Assembly: GCA_001600815.1 (NCBI GenBank)
Contig: BCKZ01000016.1
Coordinates: forward strand, 423,077-487,076
Length of the DNA stretch: 64,000 bases
DNA from: Alloascoidea hylecoeti
Taxonomy: Eukaryota
Direction of reading: 5' to 3'
Positions 11,843 to 23,526 of this stretch are shown here, one piece after another (positions within the stretch are counted from its first letter, which is position 1; each line of letters opens with the position of its first letter). The position numbers were made by a program, and so were the translations under genes. A model generated the notes under the pieces. It was given only the letters and a program-made list of their open reading frames with translations. It was not told the DNA's origin and did no database searches.

Positions 11843-12897
11843 TATAATTGTGTGTCAATATTTATAAGGGAATAAAATGGACAAGCAAAGGGATTTCTCT
11901 CAATTAATACTGCAATTAATTGGTGTTGAACAAATTTATTCACGAAAATGCACTCGACAAAAGCAACTCCCTCGGCCGGGTAAATGGAATCACACACAAA
12001 CACATTTTGATTAGAAAGATAGATCCAATAGTATCCAGGTTGTCGTAGACAAATTGTAATTGAGATCCAATATTAGTGTGTGCCACTGCGGTGAGCCCTC
12101 AATAAAGTGTGAACATACAAAAGCAGTTCTACAATATCCACGTTCAGTCATATCTAATATCATTTAAAATTCTGATTTTCTATACTAACTGTATCACAGT
12201 ATTTATATTACATAAAATAAAATCCATAGATTGATATATGTTAGCGTTATTTATACAGGTATTCATGTACCACAATTAAAATAGATTTATGTAGTTTACT
12301 TGTGAGGTATAACGAAGAAGTGTAAGGTTCAATCACAAACACAAATGTCATAGTGACTATAATTATAGAGTTCTTGCAATTTTCAGAGTGGGCACTGTGG
12401 GGTCATCTTTTTTTTTTTTTTTTTTTTTTGAGCCAATGTTCATAATTATATTACTTGATTTACTGATTCATAACAATATTTAGGCCAGGCGGTGATGGGG
12501 CCGATTAAGAAAACTTTGCAATATTCGTTGTAAAGGTTAAAGGTAAAGTTCTAATTAATTAATGTACCGGAAAATCAATTATCCTCGAGTTCGCAATTTA
12601 AATATATCTCTGGGTATTTTGCGAGTGTAATCATATAAGTATACATACAGTGTTAGCACTAATGAATATGATGAAACCGTGATCATAATAATAAAGTCAT
12701 CATTTTTGTCATACATTAATCTGGATTAAAGAATCTAATTTTTATAGAATTTAACGGGCAGTATTAGATTAGAGCAAAATTTTGAAGAAGAAAGATAAAA
12801 GATAAACAATGAAAAAACCAGATCTTTATATAGTTAGTACCTTATATTATATAAACACACCAACTAAAAGTGCATCACTCCCAATTATTAATATAAA

Positions 12898-13751
12898 CTA
12901 GCAACTACATCCTGCAGATGAACTCCCATCATTAGTAGGTGTAGTTAAATCGATTCGTCCATCATTGCTAAGCCTTCCAGATTCTCCTTGAGTTCTACCT
13001 CGATCGTTCTTCACATTTTCTGGAATTTTTGCTGCAATTGACATAAAAACCTCATTTACATTATAACCATTTTTAGCACTTGTTTCAAAGAATAGAAGTC
13101 CTTCCTCATCAGCTAATTGTTTTCCTTCCTCTATTGCAACCTTACGTGAATTCTCCGTCTCGCCTGTAGCTTCATTATTATCACCGTCGGATTCAACGCT
13201 ATCTTCTGAACATAAATCCAATTTATTGCCTACCAAAGCAATCACTATTCCTGGACTAGCCTGCTGATGTAATTCTTTCACCCAGTGGCGAGCTTTGATA
13301 AAAGAAGCTGCTTTTGTTACATCATATACAACAAGAGCAGCCTGTGCATTTCTATAATACATGGGTGCTAAAGAAGCAAAACGTTCCTGTCCGGCCGTAT
13401 CCCTATTTCTTGGTTAAAATTATGATGGGTTAATGTCGCAAATGATAAACTTACCATATTTCAAACTTGATTGTTCTATCGCCAATGTTGCATCTCTGTG
13501 TTAAAAATGCAGCACCAATAGTAGGTTCTAATTAAGTAAAAGTGTTAGTTATTCTCTTGATCAGGAGATTTCTAAAGAAGAGTTATTGATTTGCCATTAT
13601 CATTAACACCTCATTACATACCTTTATTCTCTTGAAAGTCATCACTGACAAATCGTAAAACAAGAGATGATTTACCAACAGCTGCCTCACCTAATAGAAC
13701 TAGTTTAACAGAAGTGGTGGGTTTGAATGCACCCGATGTGTGTGAATCCAT
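12898..13751 (-). CDS. VPS21: Rab5-family GTPase, 3 exons
   Basis: Exons 13751-13622, 13527-13455, 13402-12898 give [44 protein letters not shown]-terminal CSC. Confidence 0.9.
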
Positions 13752-14197
13752 ATCAAAGGAAATAATGCGTTAATGTCTTATGGAGAAGCAATCCTTAAAT
13801 AAACAATTGGAAGAGTTTTCAGTTTTCTTAATCCACTCAAAAAATTAACACCTATAAATAAGTTTTAAGGTATTGTTGGATAAAGATGGAGGGATAATGG
13901 AAAATAGTATAATAAATACTGTTCTGAGTGTGGAAATGTGTGATAAGCTTGAGGAAGTTCGGATGGTATTTTTTGGTATTCTAATTACCCGGATTACAAC
14001 TACAGATGCTATTATTATGTAAGATATTAATAATGGTATGATTTGATACTCATGTAAAATTAGATCGTGTAAGAATGTTAACGTTGGTTTTTTAACTACC
14101 AAGGTAGAGAGGGACAAACCTATAAATTTAGATTATGTAAGAGATATATGGTTTTACATGTGATTGTTATGATATTTACCACCTTTAGTTAGATCAT

Positions 14198-14455
14198 TGC
14201 CTTGTCCTTAAAAATAATGAACATACCTTGGATCATCTCCTTTTCAACTGCAATCTGTTTCAAGAAACTCGGGACTATGGGCGGATCAAAACGCTATTCG
14301 CTACGCAACATGGACGCCCTACAGCGGTTTACAATTTGCAAAGTATAGCAAATAAACTCAAAGAGGAATTGATTACCACCAAATGGATGGGTAACCAACT
14401 CAAGAGTATCCTTCATTCAACTCGATTGATGTCTGGAAAAAAACGGGGGGGGTAA
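14198..14455 (+). mobile_element. Probable 3' relic of a non-LTR retrotransposon (C-terminal zinc-finger region)
   Basis: Translation C....NNEHTLDHLLFNCNLFQETR resembles the ET..HLLF.C..F...R cysteine motif at the end of LINE ORF2; no RT domain visible. Confidence 0.45.
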
Positions 14456-14702
14456 ACGATTTGATAACAATGTTAAATTATAAACCAAAGGCACTAAAGA
14501 GATAAGGGCAAATAAAACGAACTCTTACATAACCAAGAATCTCATAGATACTTCACTAATCATCACTATAATAAACCCACCACAGGAAACTCTGTGATTA
14601 TATAAATACAATTTAATTGTATGCTCTGTTCTATTCTGTTCATTATTATGAATATGATATTCTAAAATGCTATATATAAGTTGCAATTGATATAATAAAA
14701 GC

Positions 14703-15165
14703 TTAAATTCCCGGTGTATGAACGGCTAAAATTGTGGAGTTAATAATATAATTCTAAATAAAAAGAAAGCTAAGGACTTACGAGTCTCCAAGGAAGGATG
14801 GATGTTTCTTTCATGTTTAGTACCACCTTGTCTACATGGTGGAATAATTGGATCTGGATGTCTGTAGTAGTGTAAAGTAGCTTCTGTCTTTTTAATCAAC
14901 TCCTATTATAAACAAGCATATTAGTATTATACCGTTATTGAAATTTTCACAAAGGTATCGATAGATGAAGAATTAAATGGCATACTTGAATCTGACGAGG
15001 GTCCTGGACATTTTTTTGAGCATCAAACTGTTGTCTAATTTTCAAAGCTTCTTCTCTCCATAAGTTTCTCTTATTAATCCAATTTCTGGATGTCTTCAAA
15101 GCATTACGGTATAAGTGGCTGACGACCTTTCTATTTGCTTCCGAGAAAGCGAGTGGGGCAGACAT
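14703..15165 (-). CDS. Complex I accessory subunit NDUFB9/B22 (LYR family), 3 exons
   Basis: Exons 15165-14986, 14902-14782, 14725-14703; LYR motif (HLYRNALK) and YRHPDPIIPP..GGTKHERN. Confidence 0.88.
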
Positions 15166-15205
15166 TGTTGAATCTTAGTTTCAAGGTGAGGAATTTCTGG
15201 AGGTG

Positions 15206-15494
15206 TGATTGGCGATGGGGTGTTCCTACAGATACGCAGTCGTGTAAATCTGGGCACGGTTCCTACAAGTTAGCTTTGATATGCATGCAGATAATCCCGA
15301 AGGGTGTAGGTCAAGTTGCTTTACGATCAACCTCAGAGCATGTCTGGATCTGATTGGAGAGGAGGGTTGTAATTAAAATAGCTGTAGTTTCCACATGTAA
15401 TTATAAAAAATAAACGAAGAGCACTCGAGGTTTTGGAGTTGATCGAGTTGAGCAACGGAAGCAGTAATGAGGAGAACGACCCAGCAGCCAATCA
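15206..15494. promoter_or_regulatory. Three CCAATCA boxes (HAP complex type) in the NDUFB9/AAC divergent promoter
   Basis: TGATTGG at 15206-15212 and 15351-15357, CCAATCA at 15488-15494; TATAAAA at about 15681. Confidence 0.55.
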
Positions 15495-15744
15495 GAGCAG
15501 CCACAAATTTCATAGAACGGGGCCTTTTGCGCGTCTGGCGAATCGTGAAACTGTTTTATCTCTGTTTCCGGAGCCTTCCTACGCCCGTTACGTCAGCACT
15601 TGGTAAACAAGGTTCGAAAATTTTGCACTTTTGCAGATGCAGCCAACCAGCGTCCACCGTGGCTGTCTCTGTCAACGGTATATAAAACCCGGCACCCGCC
15701 CAATCCTTCCTTCTCTTCTTTCCCATCCGTCATCAGTATTCATC

Positions 15745-16835
15745 ATGTCTTCTGAAAAGCAAGAAAGTGTATGTTCCCACTCTATTTCTACTTCAACTTC
15801 TATTATATTCCCTCATTCGAGCTTCGATCTTCTTGGATCTTCTTGTTGCTTCGGCACTTGCCTTTTTTAGATCTAGATCCGAACACTCACTCTCAATTCT
15901 GTAGTGTGCTGAAAATTTTTTGCTAACATCGGAATTTATAGACCTTTCTCATCAACTTTTTGATGGGTGGTGTCTCCGCCGCCGTCTCAAAGACTGCCGC
16001 CGCTCCAATCGAGCGTGTCAAGCTTCTTATCCAAAATCAGGATGAAATGCTTAAACAAGGCCGTTTATCCAAGAAATACGATGGTATTGGTGAATGTTTC
16101 AAGAGAACCTTTAAGGATGAAGGTGTTATTTCCTTCTGGAGAGGTAACACTGCTAACGTCATTAGATACTTCCCAACCCAAGCTCTTAACTTTGCTTTCA
16201 AAGATAAGTTCAAGGCTATGTTTGGTTTCAAGAAGGATGACAGTTACTGGAAATGGTTCGGTGGTAACTTGGCTTCCGGTGGTCTTGCTGGTGCCAGTTC
16301 CTTGTTTTTCGTCTACTCTCTCGATTATGCTAGAACTCGTCTCGCTAATGATGCTAAAGCTTCTAAAGGTGGTGGTGATCGTCAATACAAGGGTTTAGTC
16401 GATGTCTACAAACAAACTTTCAAGACTGATGGTATTGCTGGTTTATATCGTGGTTTTGGTCCTTCTGTTATTGGTATCATTGTTTACCGTGGTCTTTACT
16501 TTGGTCTCTACGATTCTCTTAAACCTGTTGTCCTTGTTGGTCCATTAGAAGGTAGTTTACCTGCTTCTTTCCTCCTTGGTTGGACTGTTACTATTGGTGC
16601 TTCTACTGCTTCTTATCCACTTGATACCGTTCGTCGTCGTATGATGATGACTTCTGGTCAAGCCGTCAAATACAAGTCATCTTTCGATGCTTTCCAAAAG
16701 ATTGTTGCTGCTGAAGGTGTTAAATCTTTGTTCAAGGGTTGTGGTGCCAATATTCTCCGTGGTGTCGCCGGTGCCATGGTTATCTCTCTCTACGATCAAT
16801 TACAATTGATCCTTTTCGGAAAGAAATTCAAATAA
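15745..16835 (+). CDS. PET9: Mitochondrial ADP/ATP carrier, 2 exons
   Basis: Exons 15745-15768 and 15942-16835 (GTATGT...GCTAAC...TAG); RRRMMM signature; strong codon bias. Confidence 0.95.
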
Positions 16836-17581
16836 ACAATTTAATTTAATATATATAATTTGTACGTTTGTTGGATGAAAAATGGGTGCAAAAGATTGTA
16901 TTTTATGTGATTCTATTTGATTCTACCGTGTAAATGTTTGGATCCTCTGTTATCAGTTTTTTATTTATATCTTTGTTATACAATAGCTTTTTTGGTTTGT
17001 CATATATATACCATCCAAAGAACAATCCTTCATTAATTGATTATAGAGTTATGTTAGTTGAAGTTTTATTTTAACATTGTTTATAATTATAAATTGATAT
17101 ATTTAATTGTAAATCAAACAATTCTTAAGCTTATTGCCCTTGCCATACTCGTAATGTGGGTATATTTAAACTAGAATTAATTTTGTAATGCAGTGGTCAT
17201 TCATGAAATAAGTATTTCTATTTTGTTCATAATTATAAGCTGGATTTAATCTCCGGTCGAGTTATTAACATAAAATGTAATATGGATCAAATTCTAGATC
17301 CGGTTTATCTTCTAAATTATAAATATGCTTCTATTAACCGCATTCGGAAATTTAATATCGGTTTTTGATCACGTGATTATATTGTTAGTACAAGCTAGCA
17401 AAATCGAAATATACTCGCAAAAGTTTAAGAATGTTTGAAATAATGTTCCAGAGTTTTGAATTTATGGTTATTTGCCTTAAATCTGAATATATCTACCGGT
17501 ATGTGATTATGAATTTATCGCAGCATATATCTACCATCAACGGCTATAAAATTCGGATGAGTTAGCATGCATGCATGCATA

Positions 17582-17770
17582 CTACTGAGCTCAATGCGTT
17601 TTAAAAATAAAAAAACTCACTCCACAACAGAAATCCCAGAAATTATATTTAACAAACATTATCAGAGTTACGAAATTAAATGGAATGCAGTGATAGTATT
17701 CAATTTAATTTAAGTTAATTTATATTTGTTATTGGTTTAGAAAATCATGGCTGAAAATATCAATATTTTC
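17582..17770 (-). repeat. Solo terminal fragment of the pogo-like family, inverted relative to the adjacent copy
   Basis: 17651-17743 is a near reverse complement of about 17859-17951; TACTGAGCTCAATGCG mirrors CGCATTGAGTTCAGTA at 18003-18018. Confidence 0.85.
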
Positions 17771-17830
17771 CGATCCAGTACCTTGCATGTATCGGTTGGG
17801 TACTATGCTATGTACGCGTAGCAGACGGTA

Positions 17831-19310
17831 CACAACATTGTTCTGTCGCAACCACAAATTTCTAAACCAATAACAAATATAAATTAAATTAAATTAAATT
17901 GAACACTATCACTGAAATCCACTTAATCTCGTAATTCTGATAATATTTGTTTAATTTGTTTCCTTTGTAATTTTTCTGTGTTAGAAATTTTCTAAAACGT
18001 AGCGCATTGAGTTCAGTAGATACATTCATAAAACGCAATTTTTCATTATGTCATCATTAGTTGGAAAATGCCATATGATGCCTCTATAATCAAATAATAA
18101 TTTAAATATTTTCTTAAAGCGGTTATAGTAGTGTAGTATGAGAATTGAGATCTATAATTTCTGAATCACCACCCGGGGCCACAAAATACGAAAAAGTTCC
18201 CAAATCACTACAACTCAAGAGTCCCATTTTTTAAGCCACTAAATCACCACCAAGGTTTAAAGTGGAATGAACGAGGACTCCAAGTAATGAGAACGATCAT
18301 AAACTCTCAACTGTTGGATAAGAGACAACACATGAAGGCGTCGTATGTTGAAGTTGCTAACAAATTTGGTATCTCAAAATCGACTCTTTACGGTGACTTC
18401 CACAATAAATGATCAAAACAAAACCCCCACCAAACCCAAAGGTTATTATATACCCTTGAAAACAAGAGCACATTTAGACTTTTAAATGTTTTGTAAAAAT
18501 GGTTGGTGTCGCTAATCTGGAGCGTCTGCGTGAGCAGGTTGTAGAGCGCTCTAGAATTAAGAATGAATTAGATGCTCGCGTGAAAAAAGCATTGTTGTTC
18601 CGCAAAATATCATTTACTGGTCATTGCAAGACATTCCACAATACTCTATGAAATAATCAGAAAATTTGATATAGTGATGCGTATAGATTTTTAGACGAAG
18701 ATCGAAAATATCCCCGCAGGTAGTTCATTACTTCGAAGTTTTCTCAATGCAACATCGCTAATTTCTCACTTTGATGAATCAGGTACACAGTTAGTATTAA
18801 ACTCTTCATTTTGCTTGCACATGCTGTTCAGAAAACACAAGTGTTAGATGCATATGTTTCCAGTCTCTGTTCACTGAATAAGAGGTTGAAAAAGATCTTT
18901 GAGGAAAATAAAATTCGAAATGTGGTCGGAGAATATATCAATGTGTACGAGCAAATCACATCAAGGGGACTTAGCAGGTTTTATTAATTCATATGTCTAC
19001 TACAGTCCTCGAAGATTGATTAAAACCATTCGGAGTGGAAGTCTGACTTATAAGAGAGGGAAAGACCTGATTACACATAATTCTCTGAAGATAACAAAGC
19101 AAAATGTCAGTCAGGAGATTAGATCTAGTAAGTCTCAATATGCTAACTCCTAGAAGAAATACACCACAACAAAAAATACAGAAAGAATGTTAAGCAATTA
19201 TTATCAAAATCATTTGATTAAGTAGATTCTAGTTATATTTTTGTAATCATGTAAATCTCTTTTTTATTGCTGGATTTGTAACTCGTGGTTGCAACAGAAC
19301 AATGTTGTGG
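17831..19310 (+). mobile_element. Degenerate pogo/Fot1-like DNA transposon, copy 1
   Basis: TIRs CACAACATTGTTCTGTYGCAACCAC at both ends; HTH relic ASYVEVANKFGISKSTLYGDF (18338-18412) and first-Asp motif LISHFDESGTQ (18758-18790); many stops and frameshifts. Confidence 0.85.
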
Positions 19311-20363
19311 TTCTATACGTACCTTTGACTGGATAGGAATAAAATGATATACATGTACATTAATAGTGTTATCTTCGATTGCTAAGTTACCCTCATAGTA
19401 TAAAATCTTATAACTTATATTTATCCATAAAAACTCTAACAGATCAAAGTGTACCAATAATACCTTAAATTTCACGAAAATGACATCGCAAACTAACAAG
19501 TCAACCACTTAACCGTTTACGAAAGTTGTAAAATACCGATTTATCTTACTTATGGTTCATCAAATTGGCAACAATAAAAGAAAAACTAAACTTAATGGCT
19601 ATCAAAGGTGGAGGAGAATCTTTTCCGAATTGGGAAGACTTATATCTAGTACTTAGGGTTCTAAGGGATCGTAGACTAACAATTAGTTGGAATCAATAAC
19701 GTCAACCATTTATCCCCACTTCAACATATCAAACCAAGGAATAAGCCATAAATTCGACCCTCAGTTTTATTTAAAAAGCTGGTTATATTAGTCTTCTTAG
19801 AGCTCAGATTAATGGAATTGAAATGAGATTAGGTGATTAAACTAGCAACTATATAATTATCAAGAAACCATGAACATTATTCAGCTTCACAAAATTATTA
19901 TAACTAAAATCTAGATACATGAGAATAATACAAATACTCATATTGATGATTATTATAAAAACAATTGGATCTAGGAATGGTGAACAGAAAGGTTATCTTA
20001 ATGCAATTATTAAGAGCAGTTCACGCGAGTATATTGATCTTCCCGCAATCGGAAGACATGCGCAAGCCCATACTAGATCTAATGTTTCTTCAAAATTGAA
20101 ATAGTTGATTGAATTTCAAATTGGATATCTACATATGCTCGCTAGTTCTATGTTTTATTTCCTTCAAGCTTGATAAGCTTGTATAATTTATGTTCTGAAT
20201 GTTATTACGGTAGTTAGTTTCATCTTTTTATTTGAGTACTTTTCTTGCTAATTAAGGATTAAATTATATTTTAATAATTAATTAATTAATGATATATAAT
20301 TTATAAGCAACTTACTTATATGTTTACATGCAACTTTCTGGACTTTTTATTTAATTAAGATAT

Positions 20364-20967
20364 GGTTGCGCGTCACACGACTTGTCGCACTTTTGGGAAA
20401 TCAAAAATATTTTCAACACTCTTTTCAAAAAGTCACCACACCAAAACAACTTCATTCATATATATATTAATGATGACATAATGTTGATAATTGATTAAAG
20501 AAACTTCTTTACTTGTTAAAAATATATTTAGACTTCTTTTGCAGAAAGGGTCATCTACCTTCTTAACTATGTAGATTTCAAATAAAATCCACTCAAATAG
20601 TCACACGATCACGGGACTCTATTCGCTTAATAATGAATGCGGAACACTTTTTTTCAAACTAGAGAGCCTAAACAACTTACTAAAATGGCAGTGAATTCAA
20701 TTGTGATGGTTGTAAAGTCTTCTAATCAAATGTTCTAAAATATGTTATAAATATACTGCACCAGTATCCGTCAAAAGAAATGACACACCTTCACCCATGA
20801 ACAAATGTTTGGCAAATGTTTTGGTTTGGGTGCAAGTGAAGGTATGCATTGATACTGGTACATGAATGAATGCATTCATTATGTATTATACACCTTAATA
20901 GAGTAAATTGCGAAGTTGCATGCATATTGGACCCAAATTTCAAAAAAAAGTGCGTATGACGCGCACC
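20364..20967. mobile_element. Possible MITE or internally deleted TIR element
   Basis: GGTTGCGCGTCACACG...GCACTTTT at the left and AAAAGTGCGTATGACGCGCACC at the right are imperfect inverted repeats about 600 bp apart. Confidence 0.45.
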
Positions 20968-21149
20968 AAAATACATCAAATTACTATGCCAGAAGGCTTA
21001 ATAATGCAGCTTTCAACTGTGCAGTTCACTGTGAATAAAAAAATAGTAACAATTCACCTAGTGTAATACCTCCAAAAACGAAAAAAGCTTACAGAACTTA
21101 CTGAATAGCAATAAATTAAATTCTAAACGTTGTGAAAGCTCCCTTCTTG

Positions 21150-21788
21150 AATACGCTTGAGGAGCAGGCTTCAAATTTCAATATTAGAATATCAAACACT
21201 ACCTAAGAAGTTATATTTTTAAGAACCCTTCTTTAAAAATAATGAATATTTTGTAAATAGCCTTGTCTAAATGTGAAGAACCAAAGGGATAGATTGGTAT
21301 TACACAAATATATTACAAGTCGGAGTGGTCTCATGATATTTGGGATGGTGTTATTTAGTGACGAATGTTCGATCGTTACAGGATCCCGATAAGTAAAAAT
21401 ATAATTATACTCGACAACATCTGAGTCTGTGGGCCTTATTGTAGAGACTGAAATATGGAAAGGAGGCCATGTTTCACTATAAAGAGTGATTGGGGATCCT
21501 AATAACAAAAAAATAGGAGCCACACATGTTCCTTTTGTAAGAGGCATTTGATTAGATTAATGAGGATCCCATATACCATAAGGCTAGAATCACAATAAAT
21601 TGGTTTTGTGAAAAGAAGATAAAGGTGTTAGAGTGACCACCCTTTTCACCTAACCTGTCGATTGAGCGCATTTGGAATCTTTCAAAATATTGGGACCTCG
21701 TAGATCGGGATATTATTGATAATCTGACTCCATGCTTCATAGGGTGATGGATTTCTATGGGGTTAAGGAGACCAACATCAAATACTAG
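21150..21788 (+). mobile_element. Degenerate Tc1-family transposase relic
   Basis: Collinear motifs VLFSDECS (21348), YHKARITINWFCEKKIKVLE*PPFSPNLSIERIWN (about 21575-21680) and DSMLHRV...NIKY* (to 21788) match Tc1 FSDES, WPPxSPDLNPIE and SMPRR...TKY motifs. Confidence 0.85.
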
Positions 21789-23526
21789 ATTTAAAATTTC
21801 ATTTTATGTATATGATACTAATATAATTTCTGGTATCTATGGAACATTGTGGACTTAAGAACAGTTTTAAGCTTTTTGGAGTAATTAAGTGTTTATGAAT
21901 TTTCATTATCATGTTGATATAGTAGAATGTTTTAGGACCTAACGTTATGTATTTATTACAGTGCAATTAATATTGGATTATACTCGGGAGTTTAAAACAG
22001 TGATATGATTCTTTTTTGTAGTATATAATTATATTGTATAATTAAACAAGAAATCGCTTCAGAGTAAAAAATTAAATTCATTGTTAACAGAATTCGAGGC
22101 ATCTTTTTACTTGAAAATTCTCTGGAGATAGAATAGGTATAAGTTATACATGTATATTAGATAGTAATTAAGATGAATGAGATGAAGATATTAAGGGAAA
22201 GTTTTATCTATTTATAAGCTATTTACTATATTAATAACTGACTAGAAGGATGAAGTAAAAGCATGGCTATATCTGGAATTTCTGAGTGGGGGTTTGAAGT
22301 GATAATGGAATATATATTAATTTTCTTATTATGAACTCATGGTTCTATTTTATTATGCAGATGTCAGTAATATAATATAGAAATTAGTCCTGCATATTCT
22401 TCCACTGGGTAAATAAGACATATCATTAATATAAATTTTGTCAGATGGCCCAAAAATTCCAGACATTTATTCGAATTCACTTTTACAGTTAATTATAAAA
22501 TATTAAAGGTATCGTGAAATCTTCAAGAGTCCAAATCTACTTGCTTAATATGCGTAAATTTACAGTCTTATCTCTAGATCTATTTTTCCATACCGGTAGA
22601 TGAAAAGTTCATGAAACTTCGGATTTTCATTTGGAAAAAAAGTCTACTACAATGGTCACGACTAATAAAGTTTAAATATATAGACGTTAATCTCGATATC
22701 CTTGACCAGTCACCACAAAAGCATTCTCAACGTGTTAAGTAATTTGGAAAACTTTTCTCATGGCCTCTAGTAATTAACTTTATTATTATGAAATGTTAGT
22801 TATTTAGGTTATTATAAGTTAATTGGACAATTTCCTAATTATAACGAGTCTGAAAGTTACTCCGAGGACAGTCAGTAACTATAAATACAGATACTTCCGC
22901 CAAGAATAATTTATTGCTACGTTATTATAATACGATTAGCTGCAGATCTAGATACGAATATTTCATCTGCCAATTTGGCATCTCTTTAATCCCGATTAAC
23001 CAGAACATTATTCATAAATGATCATCAATGATCCATCATGGTCATGAGAGTAATGATTGTCTAAATCACCGCAAACTATAAAACTTTGATTATCAGTTAA
23101 ACTTGTAATTGGGATTGAAAACTTGCAATTTGACTTAATACCGAAAAGCGGTTGACCAAAAACAAACTTCACATTATAATAAACATAGAAAAATTTGATA
23201 TATATAACACAAAATAGTAATATGGCTTGAGGGGTCAATTGATAGAAACGTTATAACTGGGGTCATACATAGTGATTATAAAGTAAAGTGCTGAGGATAG
23301 TTTTATGTCGAAACTTTAAATTTCGTGTTTACATCACCAACTGTGAGTTTAAAGAAACCAGCCCCAAGAAAAAAGCTTCCAAAACAGTGAAGAGGTTACA
23401 GCTTCTTTTTCAATTGGCTATAATCTTGTAGGATTAGGAATTGAAGTGAAGTAGGTGATCTTAAGATTAATATTTTTCAATTGCAAATAACCACAAAATT
23501 CCACGTTGCATAGTAAATAAGATTAA

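Noticed and set aside
12408..12429. Long poly-T tract as a retro-insertion tail
   Set aside because: No target duplication or adjacent element sequence recognised.
21900..23300. Further coding relics in the right half of the gene-free region
   Set aside because: Some coding-like patches, but no motif could be assigned by eye.
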